Assembly: GCA_951406725.2 (NCBI GenBank)
Contig: OX597832.1
Location: 28,396,001-28,460,000 of the forward strand
Length of the DNA: 64,000 nt
Origin: Octopus vulgaris
Taxonomy: Eukaryota
Reading direction: 5' to 3'
In this document: one piece after another, positions 26,290-40,482 of the stretch
How the letters are laid out: every line of letters starts with the position of its first letter
How positions within the stretch are numbered: the stretch's first letter is position 1
Position numbers and translations under genes: made by a program
Notes under the pieces: model-generated
The model's database searches: none
Told to the model about the DNA's origin: nothing
Seen by the model: only the letters and a program-made list of their open reading frames with translations

Positions 26290-26549
26290 CAGTGCCTTTT
26301 ACCCAGGGTCCACATGTCCGTTTGGGGTCCTTATAAGGTTTTGTTGCTTAAATTCATGTGCAATGAATTTGTTTTACTTCTAATAAACACAAAATATTTA
26401 AACAATTTTTTTATGCAATTCTCTAATAATATTTAATTATAAAAACATGGAATTTTTTTTTTGTAAAACATCGTACGATTATGAGGGCCCAGTTGGATAA
26501 AATAGGAATTAGAAGGGTCTGCAGGTTAAAAACTGGTTGAGAAATATTG
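26290..26549 (+). mobile_element. Diverged hAT MITE related to 10344-11339
   Basis: CAGTG...GGGTCC... start and AAGGGTC...GGTTGAGAAATATTG end. Confidence 0.5.
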
Positions 26550-27597
26550 ATCGAAGTCAAAAGAAATAAATGGAGATCTTCTTACCTTTTTAAACGTCTA
26601 GAAAGTTCATAGGACTTTGAAATATTAACATAGAACTAAATATTAAATAATATTAAGACGGGCTTCGATGGACTAAACCTGTTTACGTTAAATGACTTAG
26701 CAAACTGAAATAAGAGTTTGGAAGTTTGTCGTGATTATAAAACAAGGCGAAGTGAATGACCCATCGTCTGCCTTCAGTCAAGCTGAACAGGTATTTAAAA
26801 ATATATATAAATAAAATACGATATTGGAAAAATAAAAAAGAATTTAAGCAAAGAAACTTTACAAACAATACGAGGTTGGGAAAAGAGAGATATAGAGAGA
26901 GAATGAAACGAGAGGAAATGTGTGAACTCTCTCCTTCCCTTTTAAAAATCTTGTTTAACAACATTAGGAATTCGCCGTCGTGTTTAACATATTCATTTAT
27001 ATCGCGTGCAGTTCTTCTTATACCTGCGAAAGTACCCGGTTAGTCTTGTTTGGGATTCAGATTTCAAGAACAAACGTACACAACTTACCAGATTCTACAA
27101 GTTTTTCGCGTTCCATTTATCTTTCGTGTTGTTGATTTCAGAGGAAGGAAAACAAAAAACCCAGTTCTGCGGGGAGTGTCTGTGTAAAGTTTTCGAGTAA
27201 GAAATTATCTACTGCAAAAGTACACGGTTCTATCTATGTGCATATAGATAGATATGTCTATGCATAGATAGACGACAGATATATATATATAAAGATAAAT
27301 CGGTGCGTGAAGGATATATCTAAATAGTGATTCTTCGTACTTTACTTACACAACTGAATGAAAGACCTACATTACTAGTTGATATTGCTTTGACTTACTT
27401 GACTAACTTTCTCCTGTCACACACACACATATACACACACACTCTCTCTCTTCCTTTCTTTCTCTTTCTTATTTTCTTTCTCTTTCTTCTTTTTTTTCCT
27501 CTCTCACCTCTCTCAGTAAATGCTCTGTTACTTCTACAGAATATAAAAATGAATGAACATACATACAAAAAAAACAAAACAGACAGAGATATAGATA

Positions 27598-27684
<87 letters not shown>

Positions 27685-27690
<6 letters not shown>

Positions 27691-27991
27691 GTATTGATAA
27701 GACAAAAACAACAAAAGAAAGAGACCTCGATATTATGTAAATAGAGGAATTTATCTGTAAATCTAATATGTGACAATTATTCGGTAGCCATGATAAACCT
27801 CCGAGTTTCGGATGCCGAGGTGGAAATCTCTTCACTTATCCGGCCATCGGAAAAACGCTATGAATAACGGTCATTTTTCATAGCATTTTTCCGATGGCCG
27901 GATAACTGAAGAGATGGCGGCGTGGATTTCCACCTCGGCATCCGAAACTCAGAGTCTTATCATGGCTACCGAATAAATTGTTACGTATTAC

Positions 27992-27993
<2 letters not shown>
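27685..27993. mobile_element. Palindromic hammerhead-bearing element (family H1) in (TA)n
   Basis: Almost all of 27765-27990 is one inverted repeat centred near 27870; (TA)n on both sides; homologous to 23551-23811. Confidence 0.8.
27901..27961 (+). ncRNA. Minimal type I hammerhead ribozyme motif
   Basis: GATAA-CTGAAGA-[GATG...GTGGA TT TCCAC...CATC]C-GAAAC-TCAGA-GTC-TTATC: 5-bp stem I, intact core, GUC triplet at 27954-27956. Confidence 0.7.
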
Positions 27994-28059
<66 letters not shown>

Positions 28060-28306
28060 TGTCACGGCCGACACACAATTATTAAGCGTTCTAATTGGAA
28101 TGAATAAATAAAATTGAATATTAAGTATTCATGGGATTTTGATTTACTGTCGGTTGACTTTTGGCCAAATCTGTATATATACATGCATATATATATTTAT
28201 ATATGCATGTATATATACATGTAGATGTAGGTACGTACATATATGTTTGTATGTATGCATATATTTTATTTATTACACTATATATATATATATATATATA
28301 TGGGGG

Positions 28307-28375
<69 letters not shown>

Positions 28376-28379
<4 letters not shown>

Positions 28380-28532
28380 TAAAAACGGTAAGATAACAAA
28401 AGAAAGACAGAGACCTCAATATTATGTAAATAGAGGAAATTTATCTGTAAAATAATTTGTGACAATTATTCGGTAGCCAAGATAACCATCTCTTCGGTTA
28501 TCTTGGCTACCGAATAAATTGTCACATATTAT
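28376..28532. mobile_element. Internally deleted family H1 element
   Basis: Same 5' flank as 23551 plus residual IR TGTGACAATTATTCGGTAGCCAAGATAACC / GGTTATCTTGGCTACCGAATAAATTGTCACA. Confidence 0.75.
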
Positions 28533-28619
28533 ATGGCATACGTATCTAGAGGATGCACGACAGTTTCGGATGACTTTCTCCCAGTGCTACGTTTGTATAA
28601 CACACACACACACACGCAT

Positions 28620-28639
28620 GTCAAGCAATGCTAGGGGGA

Positions 28640-28690
<51 letters not shown>

Positions 28691-28787
28691 TACAGAAGAC
28701 ACTTGCCCAAGATGCCACGCAGTGGGACTGAACCCGGAACCATGTGGCTGGTTAGCAAGCTACTTACCACACAGCCACTCCTGCGCC
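28620..28787 (-). mobile_element. Internally deleted SINE family B between ~62-bp direct repeats
   Basis: Intact head; TACGTATCTAGAGGA.GCACGACAGTTTCGGATGACT...GTTTGTATAACACAC at 28540 and 28788. Confidence 0.75.
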
Positions 28788-28849
28788 TACGTATCTAGAG
28801 GACGCACGACAGTTTCGGATGACTCTCTCTTTCCCAGGGCAACGTTTGT

Positions 28850-28900
<51 letters not shown>

Positions 28901-30204
28901 ACATTGAATCGGGAGCAGCTCCGCGGAGCTCCACAGAAATCCTGGCTCCGTCCAAATAATTTTAAACAGGACCTTTAAAAGAATTTTCAAACCCTTATTT
29001 TCGTCTAACATTCGTATCCCCCACCCTACTTACACAATCGAATCTATTTAAAATCTAGGGTATTCACATTCTTATAAAATGGCACTATTTCCCCTTACAA
29101 AGAAAGCCTTAACCCTTTTCTTAGTATATTTCTGACTAAAACTGCCCTCCCTCGACATATTTCCGTTTCGGTTGTATAAGACAGCTAAGACTTATTTTGA
29201 GTTTGTTGCTGATGTATTTAAAGTTGTGTTTAACAAAGGGGTCTTACTTATAAGTGTATTTCCTGAATTTTCTGCTCTAAAACCTTTATCATCAAAAAGA
29301 AATTCAGGTAAAATTCTGAAGTACAAAGCGATTTAATTTTTGTTTAAATGTCACCTTATGAAAAGAATCGATAGCTAATATTACATATGTGTGTGTGCGT
29401 AGGTGTGTTTGTGTGTGTGTGTGTGTGCGTGCTCGCAGACACGACACGTACGTAAGATTCCTATCCAAACATCTCCAATGAGGAAGGAGACACGGTTCTT
29501 TTAGTTAAATCTTTTAAACTAGAACATGTATTTATTCATTCTAGATTCCTTCAGCTTTCATGACTGGGAGGAAAGCGCAAACTTGGGATTTTGTCACGGC
29601 CGACACACAAATATCCCACTATTTGCAGATGTCGTCTACTACTACTACTACTACTACTACTACTGGTAGTAGTAGCAGTGGTAGTTGTTTCTTTGTAAGA
29701 AGAGTCCAGTTGAGAGGACAATTGTAATGGTCGTTGTTATGGAAGTACAAAGGCCAACTTATGCCAGTCCACATAAACGTTCTGTCTGAAGAAATTAGGA
29801 ATAAGAAATGTCTTCATAAAGCGCACGGTTCTGTGGAGGTGGTCATGGGGCTTCGAACTCTTTTCCTAATTTCTCAATAGAAATGGTTGAGAGTCATATT
29901 ATGTTCTAGAAAAAAGGCTGGCCTACCACGCAGAGAATTGAACCCTTTGCGTCAGGCTCACTTGGAAGTTCCAAAGAGAGACTGTTGCTTACAGTAGTGG
30001 TACCTACTTACGGCTAAGTATACTGGACATTCGACAGTTAAGTGTGTTGGTCATAAATACAATGTAGTATACAGTATCACCCTATGCTTTCTGTGCACAG
30101 CTAAGGACAGAGAATATTGCTTGCTTCACAACTGTAACATGGATGTGTGTGTGTGAGTGTGTTGTGCGTGCGTATGTGTGCATGCGTGCGTGTGTGTGCA
30201 TGCA

Positions 30205-30265
<61 letters not shown>

Positions 30266-30790
30266 CATTTGAGGAATTTTAAATGATGAGGTTGGTTGGT
30301 ATGTGAGATATATATAAGTACCAAATCAAAAAAGCGTTACGTCTCTACCTTAAGTGCCTCTGATGATGGTCAGCGGGAAAGTCGATTTCGTTCATGTTGG
30401 TTAGAATTGGTGGCTATCTGCGTGGTTGTGGTTACAGCATTCCACTTATGCGCGCTTTGTTATCGATACGTCTGTTAACCTATTTAGCGTTGTTTAGTTA
30501 ACAAAGAAATTAATTAATTAATTATTGTAACAAGCTGCTTAGTCATTCGTACAGTGATCACCAGTAAAGGGGCGTTACATCAAATATTAATTAATATCTT
30601 TTGATGTCTACAATAAATCAAATAACTAACTCTGGCCCAAACGAACTCTCGAGAAAGATTTTATGCAACCACTTGACCTGCTACGTATAAATAACAGTTG
30701 AATGCCTCTCAAATAACGATCTACTGTCTTAAAATATTAAGGACACATCATATAATGTAGTTCACGTTTAAGTCATGGGATGGTCACAAC

Positions 30791-31070
30791 CAGTGGTGGA
30801 CTGGGTCTAAAAATATTGGTTGCCAGGAGACTAAGGGGTCCACCCACAACTGCAATACTATCATTTAATTTTTTAAGTATTCTTTTCAATTGTCCACAAA
30901 CACAGCAAGGCTGAAATAATTAATGCATTCTTCCAGGAGAGAATAAAAAATTCTCAAACTTGAGGGCATGGGACCCGTAGGTACTAACACGGGCCCTCAT
31001 ATATGGATTTTAATGGCGCAGGGGCCCACTTGCCATGGGGCAAGCTGTCACCCTGGCGAGTGCGCCACTG
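30791..31070. mobile_element. hAT-superfamily MITE
   Basis: TIRs CAGTGGTGGACT / AGTGCGCCACTG and a perfect 8-bp TSD GTCACAAC (30783-30790, 31071-31078). Confidence 0.9.
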
Positions 31071-31626
31071 GTCACAACTGAACCTCTCGTGGAGGACTAA
31101 ATAATTATAGGGCGTATAAAAAAAAACTTGCGGGTGCAACAGCTGGAGCAAACTCTGTAATAACAACCTAACCAAACACACACACACACACACACACACA
31201 AATCTATAAATTTTGCAGAAAAACGATCAGTCTTCCCCCCTCCCCATTGCAAGTTGAAAACGACACGCAGTTGTAAGATAAGTAATAACTATTAACTCGA
31301 AATTCATAATTTTATCTACAATGCATTTCGGACGGTTTGATCTCAGGTCGTCATCAGGTGCCTCATTCTTAAACGATGGCCATATGAGAAGGAGTATCGA
31401 AAGTTTTACATAGATTCAAAATTATCAAAGTGCAAGCCAGCTATATACCACTCAGGAAGAACATAAAATTAACATCGCTGATTAGGAAATTCCAAACAGA
31501 AAACCCCAAAACTCTGTCGAGTAATCCGAACCATGTCAAACCTTTTAAAGAAATGTCTGGTTTTTTTAATCTTGAAACTTTATCTTGAACATAAACATTA
31601 ATGGCAAAAATCTGTAGGTAAATCAC

Positions 31627-31630
<4 letters not shown>

Positions 31631-31718
<88 letters not shown>

Positions 31719-31938
31719 TCTGTGTACGCGCGCGTATATATGTATATGTGTGTGTGTGTGTACGCACGCACGTATATATATATGTATTTGTGTGTGTGTG
31801 TGCATGCGCGTATATATATATATGTGTGCGTGTGCGCATATATGTATATATATGTGTGTGTGTGCACGCACGTATATATATGTATATATGTGTGTGTGCG
31901 CGCGCACGTATATATGCATATGTGTGTGCACGCGTATA

Positions 31939-31971
<33 letters not shown>
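31631..31971. repeat. (TA)n plus compound TA/TG/CG microsatellite
   Basis: Directly visible. Confidence 0.9.
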
Positions 31972-32339
31972 AAGTAATAAAACAATATCAAAGAATGGAG
32001 TTAGAAAAACTGCGGTTATTGTTTAGTTTACAACTATTTCATTACCTTCAATTAAACCAATTTTAGGTCATGTCTTCACCATGTCAACAGCAACTAATGC
32101 ACTGGACAAGCTTTCCATGACAGCCTATGTATGTATGTATGTATGTATGTATGTATGTATGTATGTATGTATGTACACAAGAATGGAAATTATGATATAT
32201 TTATTCCTTCATTACGATCGTTTCAACACTATATAGTACAGATTCAGCTTCGACATTACTATGAATATAAATATGACTGTGTGGGAAACTTACAGGGAAA
32301 AATCAATTCAGAAATACTAAATCAAATTTCACAAATATA

Positions 32340-32384
<45 letters not shown>

Positions 32385-32388
<4 letters not shown>

Positions 32389-32631
32389 AGAAAAAATCAA
32401 TTCAACAATGGAAAAATTAAATTATACCATATAGAAAGAAATTACATCCTATATAAAAAATTAAATATAAGATAAAAAACATATATATATTTATTATTTT
32501 GCACATTACTTAATCAATGGTATATGTTTTTATCTTATATTTAATTTTTTCTATAGGATGTAATTTCATTCTATATGGTATAATTTAATTTTTTCATTGT
32601 TGATTTGATAAAAGGTCTTTTTTTTCTAATT
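32385..32631. repeat. AT-rich inverted repeat with ~100-bp arms between microsatellites
   Basis: CAACAATG.AAAAATTAAATTATACCATATAGAA.GAAATTACATCCTATA...AAATTAAATATAAGATAAAAA and its reverse complement at 32522-32602. Confidence 0.85.
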
Positions 32632-32714
<83 letters not shown>

Positions 32715-32934
32715 TATTTTGTGTGTACAAAACATAGCTGCATGACTGCTTCTGTTCCATTTAGAGTTCCACGTCGCTCTCTGAGGCTAAATGCAACAAA
32801 TCGGTTTAATGCGATGATCCGTTGCTGTCGAAACATACAAATACTTTGGAACATCGAATGCAGGGTTCCAAGCGACCAGAATGGTGAAAGCGCAAAGGAA
32901 TTAATAATGTAAAGTTTATTTTTATATTTATTTC

Positions 32935-33840
<906 letters not shown>

Positions 33841-34249
33841 GGATTCGTGTAGATACTTCGCTGCTTGCATTTTTAATATGTTGCTGCATCTTATTTGTGT
33901 TAAAAATGTCATTTGTGGTAAGTGTTAGTATCCTGTGACTGACTCTGTATATGTTACGTGGCCTCCCCTGACGATTGGACCGCCGATCTTATCGGAGTGC
34001 TATTTACTATGTTGCTGTCGTTGGCAATATTCTTATTGGCAACTCGTTATTGCTTTTTATTTTAATATTTATTTTTCTCTGAGTCTTTCAATATCAATTG
34101 TTTATTCAATGGAAGTTTATGTTTGGGTTAAACAGTCCCAGGGAACCCCTTGCAAATATGTGCAGTATTTGGCAATTACAAACTCCCGGCGTTAGATGGC
34201 GTTCGAGGGTTCTGCAATTTCCGGTTGAACAACCATGTGCTTCATTTGT

Positions 34250-34450
34250 TTATAGCGATTAAACGTTTGTATTGCACATAAGCGCACTCCTTCCATAAAA
34301 TCGATATTACCTGTACAGGTGCGCAATGTGTTGCACGTCAGGTGACAAAATGATTTTTAGAGCGACGGGAAATGAAGTGTTTTGCTCAAGAACACGACGC
34401 AACGGCCGATCTCGGAAGCGAAATCGCGATCCCTCGAAACACTTTAACCA
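34250..34450 (-). mobile_element. SINE family C, diverged
   Basis: GAAATGAAGTGTTTTGCTCAAGAACAC.ACGC core shared with 36905-37141 and 42692-43010. Confidence 0.6.
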
Positions 34451-34479
34451 TTAAGCCATGTACATCACTACACTGTTAC

Positions 34480-35170
<691 letters not shown>

Positions 35171-35434
35171 GAGAGAGAGAGACGTCAGAGAAAAAAGGCT
35201 TAGCAACGTTTCTTCCTGCTCTTTGGGTACCGAGTTCAAATCCTACCGAGGTCATCTTTGTCTTTCATCCTTTCGGGGGCGGCAAAATAAAGTAGCAGCC
35301 AAACATTGAATTCGATGTAGTTGACTTGCCCCTCCCCTTCAAAACTGTTGACCTTGGATCCGGCAACGGACCAGCGTTCAGGGCAAGATATTATATACTG
35401 TCATCGCGGTCACTCAGACGTGACCCAGTTCGCA

Positions 35435-36120
<686 letters not shown>

Positions 36121-36288
36121 TGTGCGTGCGTGCATGCGTGTATCTAAGTACGCTCACGATCAACACAATCTTAGTTTGAGCTGTCACCTGTTTTATATCT
36201 GTCTGTCTGAATGTCTGCTTGTATATCTGTATGTATTTATTTGTTCATGCACATATATACATACAAACATACATTACATACTAGTATG

Positions 36289-36361
<73 letters not shown>

Positions 36362-36544
36362 AAAAAATGAAGTTCGAAAATGCTGCTGTATTATACAATT
36401 TTTAATTTTTATATATACATTATAACATGTTTCAGTTCCTGAAATGAACCTTATCAAAAAAAGTTATATATAAAAAGAGACAGCTCATGCCGTCAAACAC
36501 AAGAAATTCATTTATAATACACAACGGAGTCAGACATCTTAGAG

Positions 36545-36611
36545 TTCATGTATAGTTGATATATAGTTCATGTATAGTTGATATATAGTTCATGTATAGT
36601 TGATATATAGT
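36545..36611. repeat. 22-bp tandem repeat x3
   Basis: TTCATGTATAGTTGATATATAG repeated. Confidence 0.85.
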
Positions 36612-36667
36612 TTGAAGTATATGTTCAAAGTGTTCGATGCAGTGGCCCACGGTGGCGATACGTAAAA

Positions 36668-36872
36668 TGTGACCGCGTGTGTACCGTTGGCGATTTTTTT
36701 CCCTCTGTCTTCCCTTCTCTGGATCTTTCCTTCTCCTATGTTTCCGACGAAGAGCTCCTCTCGAAACGTTAAACCCTCCTTCTTTCCTTCTTTCCTGAGC
36801 ATCCAATAATACTATATTTATACCACGTCCTCGGGTTGTGTCTTTTTTGTGCTTTCATGTTTGGATTAACAA
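36668..36872 (+). mobile_element. Hammerhead-bearing element family H2 ending in (TA)n
   Basis: GTTT-CCGACGA-A-GAG.CTCCT.CTC-GAAAC-GTT-AAAC at 36740-36774; near-identical reverse copy at 54078-54285 and a 3' fragment at 37381-37450. Confidence 0.7.
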
Positions 36873-36904
36873 TATATATATATATATACATAAACACACA
36901 CAAA

Positions 36905-37139
36905 ATAAATAAATAAATGCACCCTTTTAAGGCCTAGCCAGTTTCTATGGCGTATGTGTTCCCCAGCTGGACGGGACGTCAGTCCATCGCAGCGTTACTC
37001 ATTTTTGCCAGCTGAGTGGACTGGAGCAACATGAAATGAAGTGTTTTGCTCAAGAACACAACGCGTCGCCCGGTCCAGGAATCGAAACCACAATCTTACG
37101 ATCATGGTTCTGACACCCTAACCACTAAGCCACATGCCT

Positions 37140-37141
<2 letters not shown>
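36905..37141 (-). mobile_element. SINE family C
   Basis: Minus strand GGAGGCATGTGGCTTAGTGGTTAGGG (A box) ... GGTTTCGATTCC (B box) ... GCGATGGACTG.CGTCCCGTCCAG. Confidence 0.85.
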
Positions 37142-37192
<51 letters not shown>

Positions 37193-37258
37193 TACATACA
37201 CATATATATATATATATATGTGTGTGTGTATGTATAAATACACACACACACCAGCATG

Positions 37259-37293
<35 letters not shown>

Positions 37294-37302
37294 GTATGTG
37301 TA

Positions 37303-37356
<54 letters not shown>

Positions 37357-37446
37357 CATATATATATATACATATATATATAAAGTTAATCCAAACAAGA
37401 AAACACAGAAAAAAAGAAAAAAACACAGCAACGCAGGACGTGGAAC

Positions 37447-37505
<59 letters not shown>

Positions 37506-37511
37506 TGTATG

Positions 37512-37547
<36 letters not shown>

Positions 37548-37806
37548 AATGGACATGTGATGAGATGTAAGAATAAGCGCAATTGTCATGGAGAAAATAG
37601 TGCAATCGTAGCGAATCCGGAATAGAAGTTGGAATCCCAGTTTGACCACCTCATTTCCGGTCACATGGAACTCATGACTTTCATTTCCGTTTATTGTCAA
37701 GAGCCCGAAAAGAAAGATTTGTATCTCCACAGACTATTTGTACATTGTATGGATGACTTTGCACATTCATGCATACATGCATGAATTTGCTTCTGTGTGT
37801 GTGTGT

Positions 37807-37857
<51 letters not shown>

Positions 37858-37874
37858 CATACATATATATATAC

Positions 37875-37923
<49 letters not shown>

Positions 37924-37938
37924 CATACATATATATAC

Positions 37939-38060
<122 letters not shown>

Positions 38061-38408
38061 ATATTCTTTTTCTCTTTTATTCTTTTACTTGCTTCAGTCA
38101 TTTGCCAAGCCATGGGACTGAACTTATTCCATCGGGCTCTTTTGCCGAACTGCTATATCACGAGGATATAAACAAACCAGCACCGGTTCTAAAGTAGATA
38201 TATATATATACCCATATGTTCACATTCGCATATGTACATATGCGCGCGTGTGTGTGTACATATGTATGCGTGTATATCTTTATTATATATATAAAACTGA
38301 GAATGTGTGTATGTCTGTCTGTCTGTGTGTTTCCCTAAAACTTGAGAACTACGCAACCAATTTCATTCAAATTTTACACATGCCTTACTTAGGATCCGGG
38401 GAGTGTCA

Positions 38409-38574
38409 ATGTACACAATCGAGTGGCAAAAAAGGGGCCTTCCACATGCTCATATCCTGCTTTGGCTCTCAGCGAAGAATCAATTCCAATGACGTCCACA
38501 AGATAATCTCTGCAGAGCTTCCTGATCCAGCTTTAGACAAAGAACTATAGGAAATAGTTAAAGCAAACATGGTG
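38409..38574 (+). pseudogene. Helitron Rep (HUH endonuclease) fragment
   Basis: MYTIEWQKRGLPHAHILLWL, frameshift, then KIISAELPDPALDKEL*EIVKANMV; matches Helitron Rep motif ExQxRGLPHxHxL and the ISAEIPD segment that follows it. Confidence 0.9.
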
Positions 38575-39440
38575 GTGATGGTGGTGGTGGTGGTGGTGGT
38601 GATGGTGGTGGTGGTGGTCATGGTGGTAGTGGTGGTGGTGGTCATGGTGGTAGTGGTGATGGTGGTCATGGTGGTAGTGGTGGTGGTGGTGGTGGTGGTG
38701 GTGGTGGTGGTGGTCATGGTGGTGGTGGTGGTCATGGTGGTAGTGGTGGTGGTGGTGGTCATGGTGGTAGTGGTGGTGGTGGTGGTCGTGATGGTGGTGG
38801 TGGTGGTCATGGTGGTAGTGGTGGTCATGGTGGTAGTGGTCATGGTGGTAGTGGTGGTGGTGTTGGTCATGGTGGTAGTGGTGGTGGTGGTCATGGTGGT
38901 AGTGGTGGTGGTGGTCATGGTGGTAGTGGTGCTGGTGGTGGTGGTCATGGTGGTAGTGGTGGTGGTAGTGGTCATGGTGGTAGTGGTGGTTGTGGTGGTC
39001 GTGATGGTGGTGGTGGTCATGGTGGTAGTGGTGGTGGTGGTCATGGTGGTAGTGGTGGTGGTAGTGGTCATGGTGGTAGTGGTGGTTGTGGTGGTCGTGA
39101 TGGTGGTGGTGGTCATGGTGGTAGTGGTGGTGGTGGTCATGGTGGTAATGGTGATGGTGGTGGTCATGGTGGTGATGGTGGTGGTGATGTTGATTGTGGT
39201 GGTGATGGTGGTGGTGGTGGTGGTGGTCATGGTGGTGGTGGTGGTGGTGGTGGTCATGGTGGTAGTGGTGGTGGTGGTCATGGTGGTCGTGATGGTGGTG
39301 GTGGTGGTCATGGTGGTAGTGGTAGTGGTGGTGGTGGTGGTCATGGTGGTAGTGGTGGTGGCCATGGTGGTAGTGGTGGTGGTGGTGATGGTGGTAGTGG
39401 TGGTGGTGGTGGTCGTCGTCGTCGTGGTGATGGTGGTGGT
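38569..39440. repeat. ~870-bp compound (GGT)n tract with recurring GTCATGGTGGTAGTG units
   Basis: Directly visible. Confidence 0.95.
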
Positions 39441-40326
39441 GTTTGTGGCAGAGTTGTCCTTTGTGAAGCTGTCGTCTGGTTCTTCCAATTCTTCGTGTGT
39501 CGGCGTCCATGTTCGCACCTGCACCTGTGTTGCTTCTCCCCCTTCTTTCCCTCCCTCGTGAAGCAGTGGGGAAGGCAGGGTAAGGAAATCAACGTCGTAA
39601 GCGTTGTCAAGGAGACCAGTGACCGTTTCCCCGACGACTTCATGGCTTGAAGACTCAAAACAGAAAATGGCTAAGAAAGCCGATAGCAAATTCTACAAAA
39701 TGGGGAAACACGCCAGACAGGGAAGGTTTCCCGTGCAAAGAATTTGCACAAGCGAATGCTTTAGTTGTTGCACAACTAATACATAAAAAATATTATCCAA
39801 ACACAAACTTTTGAAGGCAATATTGTATAGCGATGGTTCTTGTGAAATATGGTAATAGATTTAGTAGCCAAAAGGAGAGAGCAGAGGTATAGTATGGTGG
39901 TGGCGGTGGTGTTGGTGGCGACGGTGGCAGTGGAAATAGCAGCGGCGGTGGCGGTGGAGGTGATGGTGGTGGTGGTGGTCATGGTGGTGGCGATGTTGGC
40001 GTCCATGCTCGCACCTGCACCTGTGTTGCTTCTCCCCTTCTTCCCTCCTTCATGAAGCTGTGGGGAAGGCAGAGTAGGGAAATCAACGTCGTAAGCGTTG
40101 TCAAGGAGACCAGCCTTCTTTTAGAACAACGACTTCATGGCTTGAATTCGCCAAAACAGAAAATGGCTAAGAAAGCCGAAAGCAAATTCTACAAAATGGG
40201 GAAACACGCCACACAGGGAAGGTTTCCCGTGCAAAGAATTTGCACAACCGAATGTTTTAGTTGTTGCACAACTTTTACATAAAAAATATTATCCAAACAT
40301 AAACTTTTGAAGTTTAGTATTGTCTT

Positions 40327-40482
40327 TTGGAATTTCTCAATTCCCTGGAGCCTCCTGGACTACCTCCACACATATTAGCACTTAAAGTTGGAACTCCTAT
40401 AATGCTACTCCGCAATCTGGAACGACTGGTGATAAAGAAAATGATGTCACACGTTATCGAGGCGATCATTCTTTCTGGATGC
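40327..40482 (+). pseudogene. Helitron PIF1-like helicase fragment
   Basis: [50 protein letters not shown] matches the Helitron helicase [24 protein letters not shown] segment, with the LCNGT stretch deleted. Confidence 0.9.

Larger units (their letters stand above)
38277..40480 (+). mobile_element. Helitron deletion derivative with Rep and helicase remnants, internal GGT expansion and 325-bp duplication
   Basis: A|TC 5' end with TATATATAAAAC...GTCTGTCTGTCTG; Rep fragment at 38409 and helicase fragment at 40327 on the same strand and in the expected order; 3' CTAG end not found. Confidence 0.75.

Noticed and set aside
27142-27196. Plus-strand 55-nt AG...GT segment resembling an exon
   Set aside because: Isolated, no partner exons found, and such signals occur by chance; the minus-strand intron next to it has better support.
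31310-31365. Further hammerhead-like motifs here and near 32030-32080, 36425-36460, 41047-41110, 51110-51170 and 54705-54730
   Set aside because: Core or stem I too degenerate to call; probably decayed members of the same class.
38469-39689. 406-aa Thr-rich mucin-like ORF with a hydrophobic start, plus the overlapping poly-His and poly-Val ORFs
   Set aside because: All are readings of the (GGT)n tract; the long one starts at TTG and lies antisense within a Helitron remnant.
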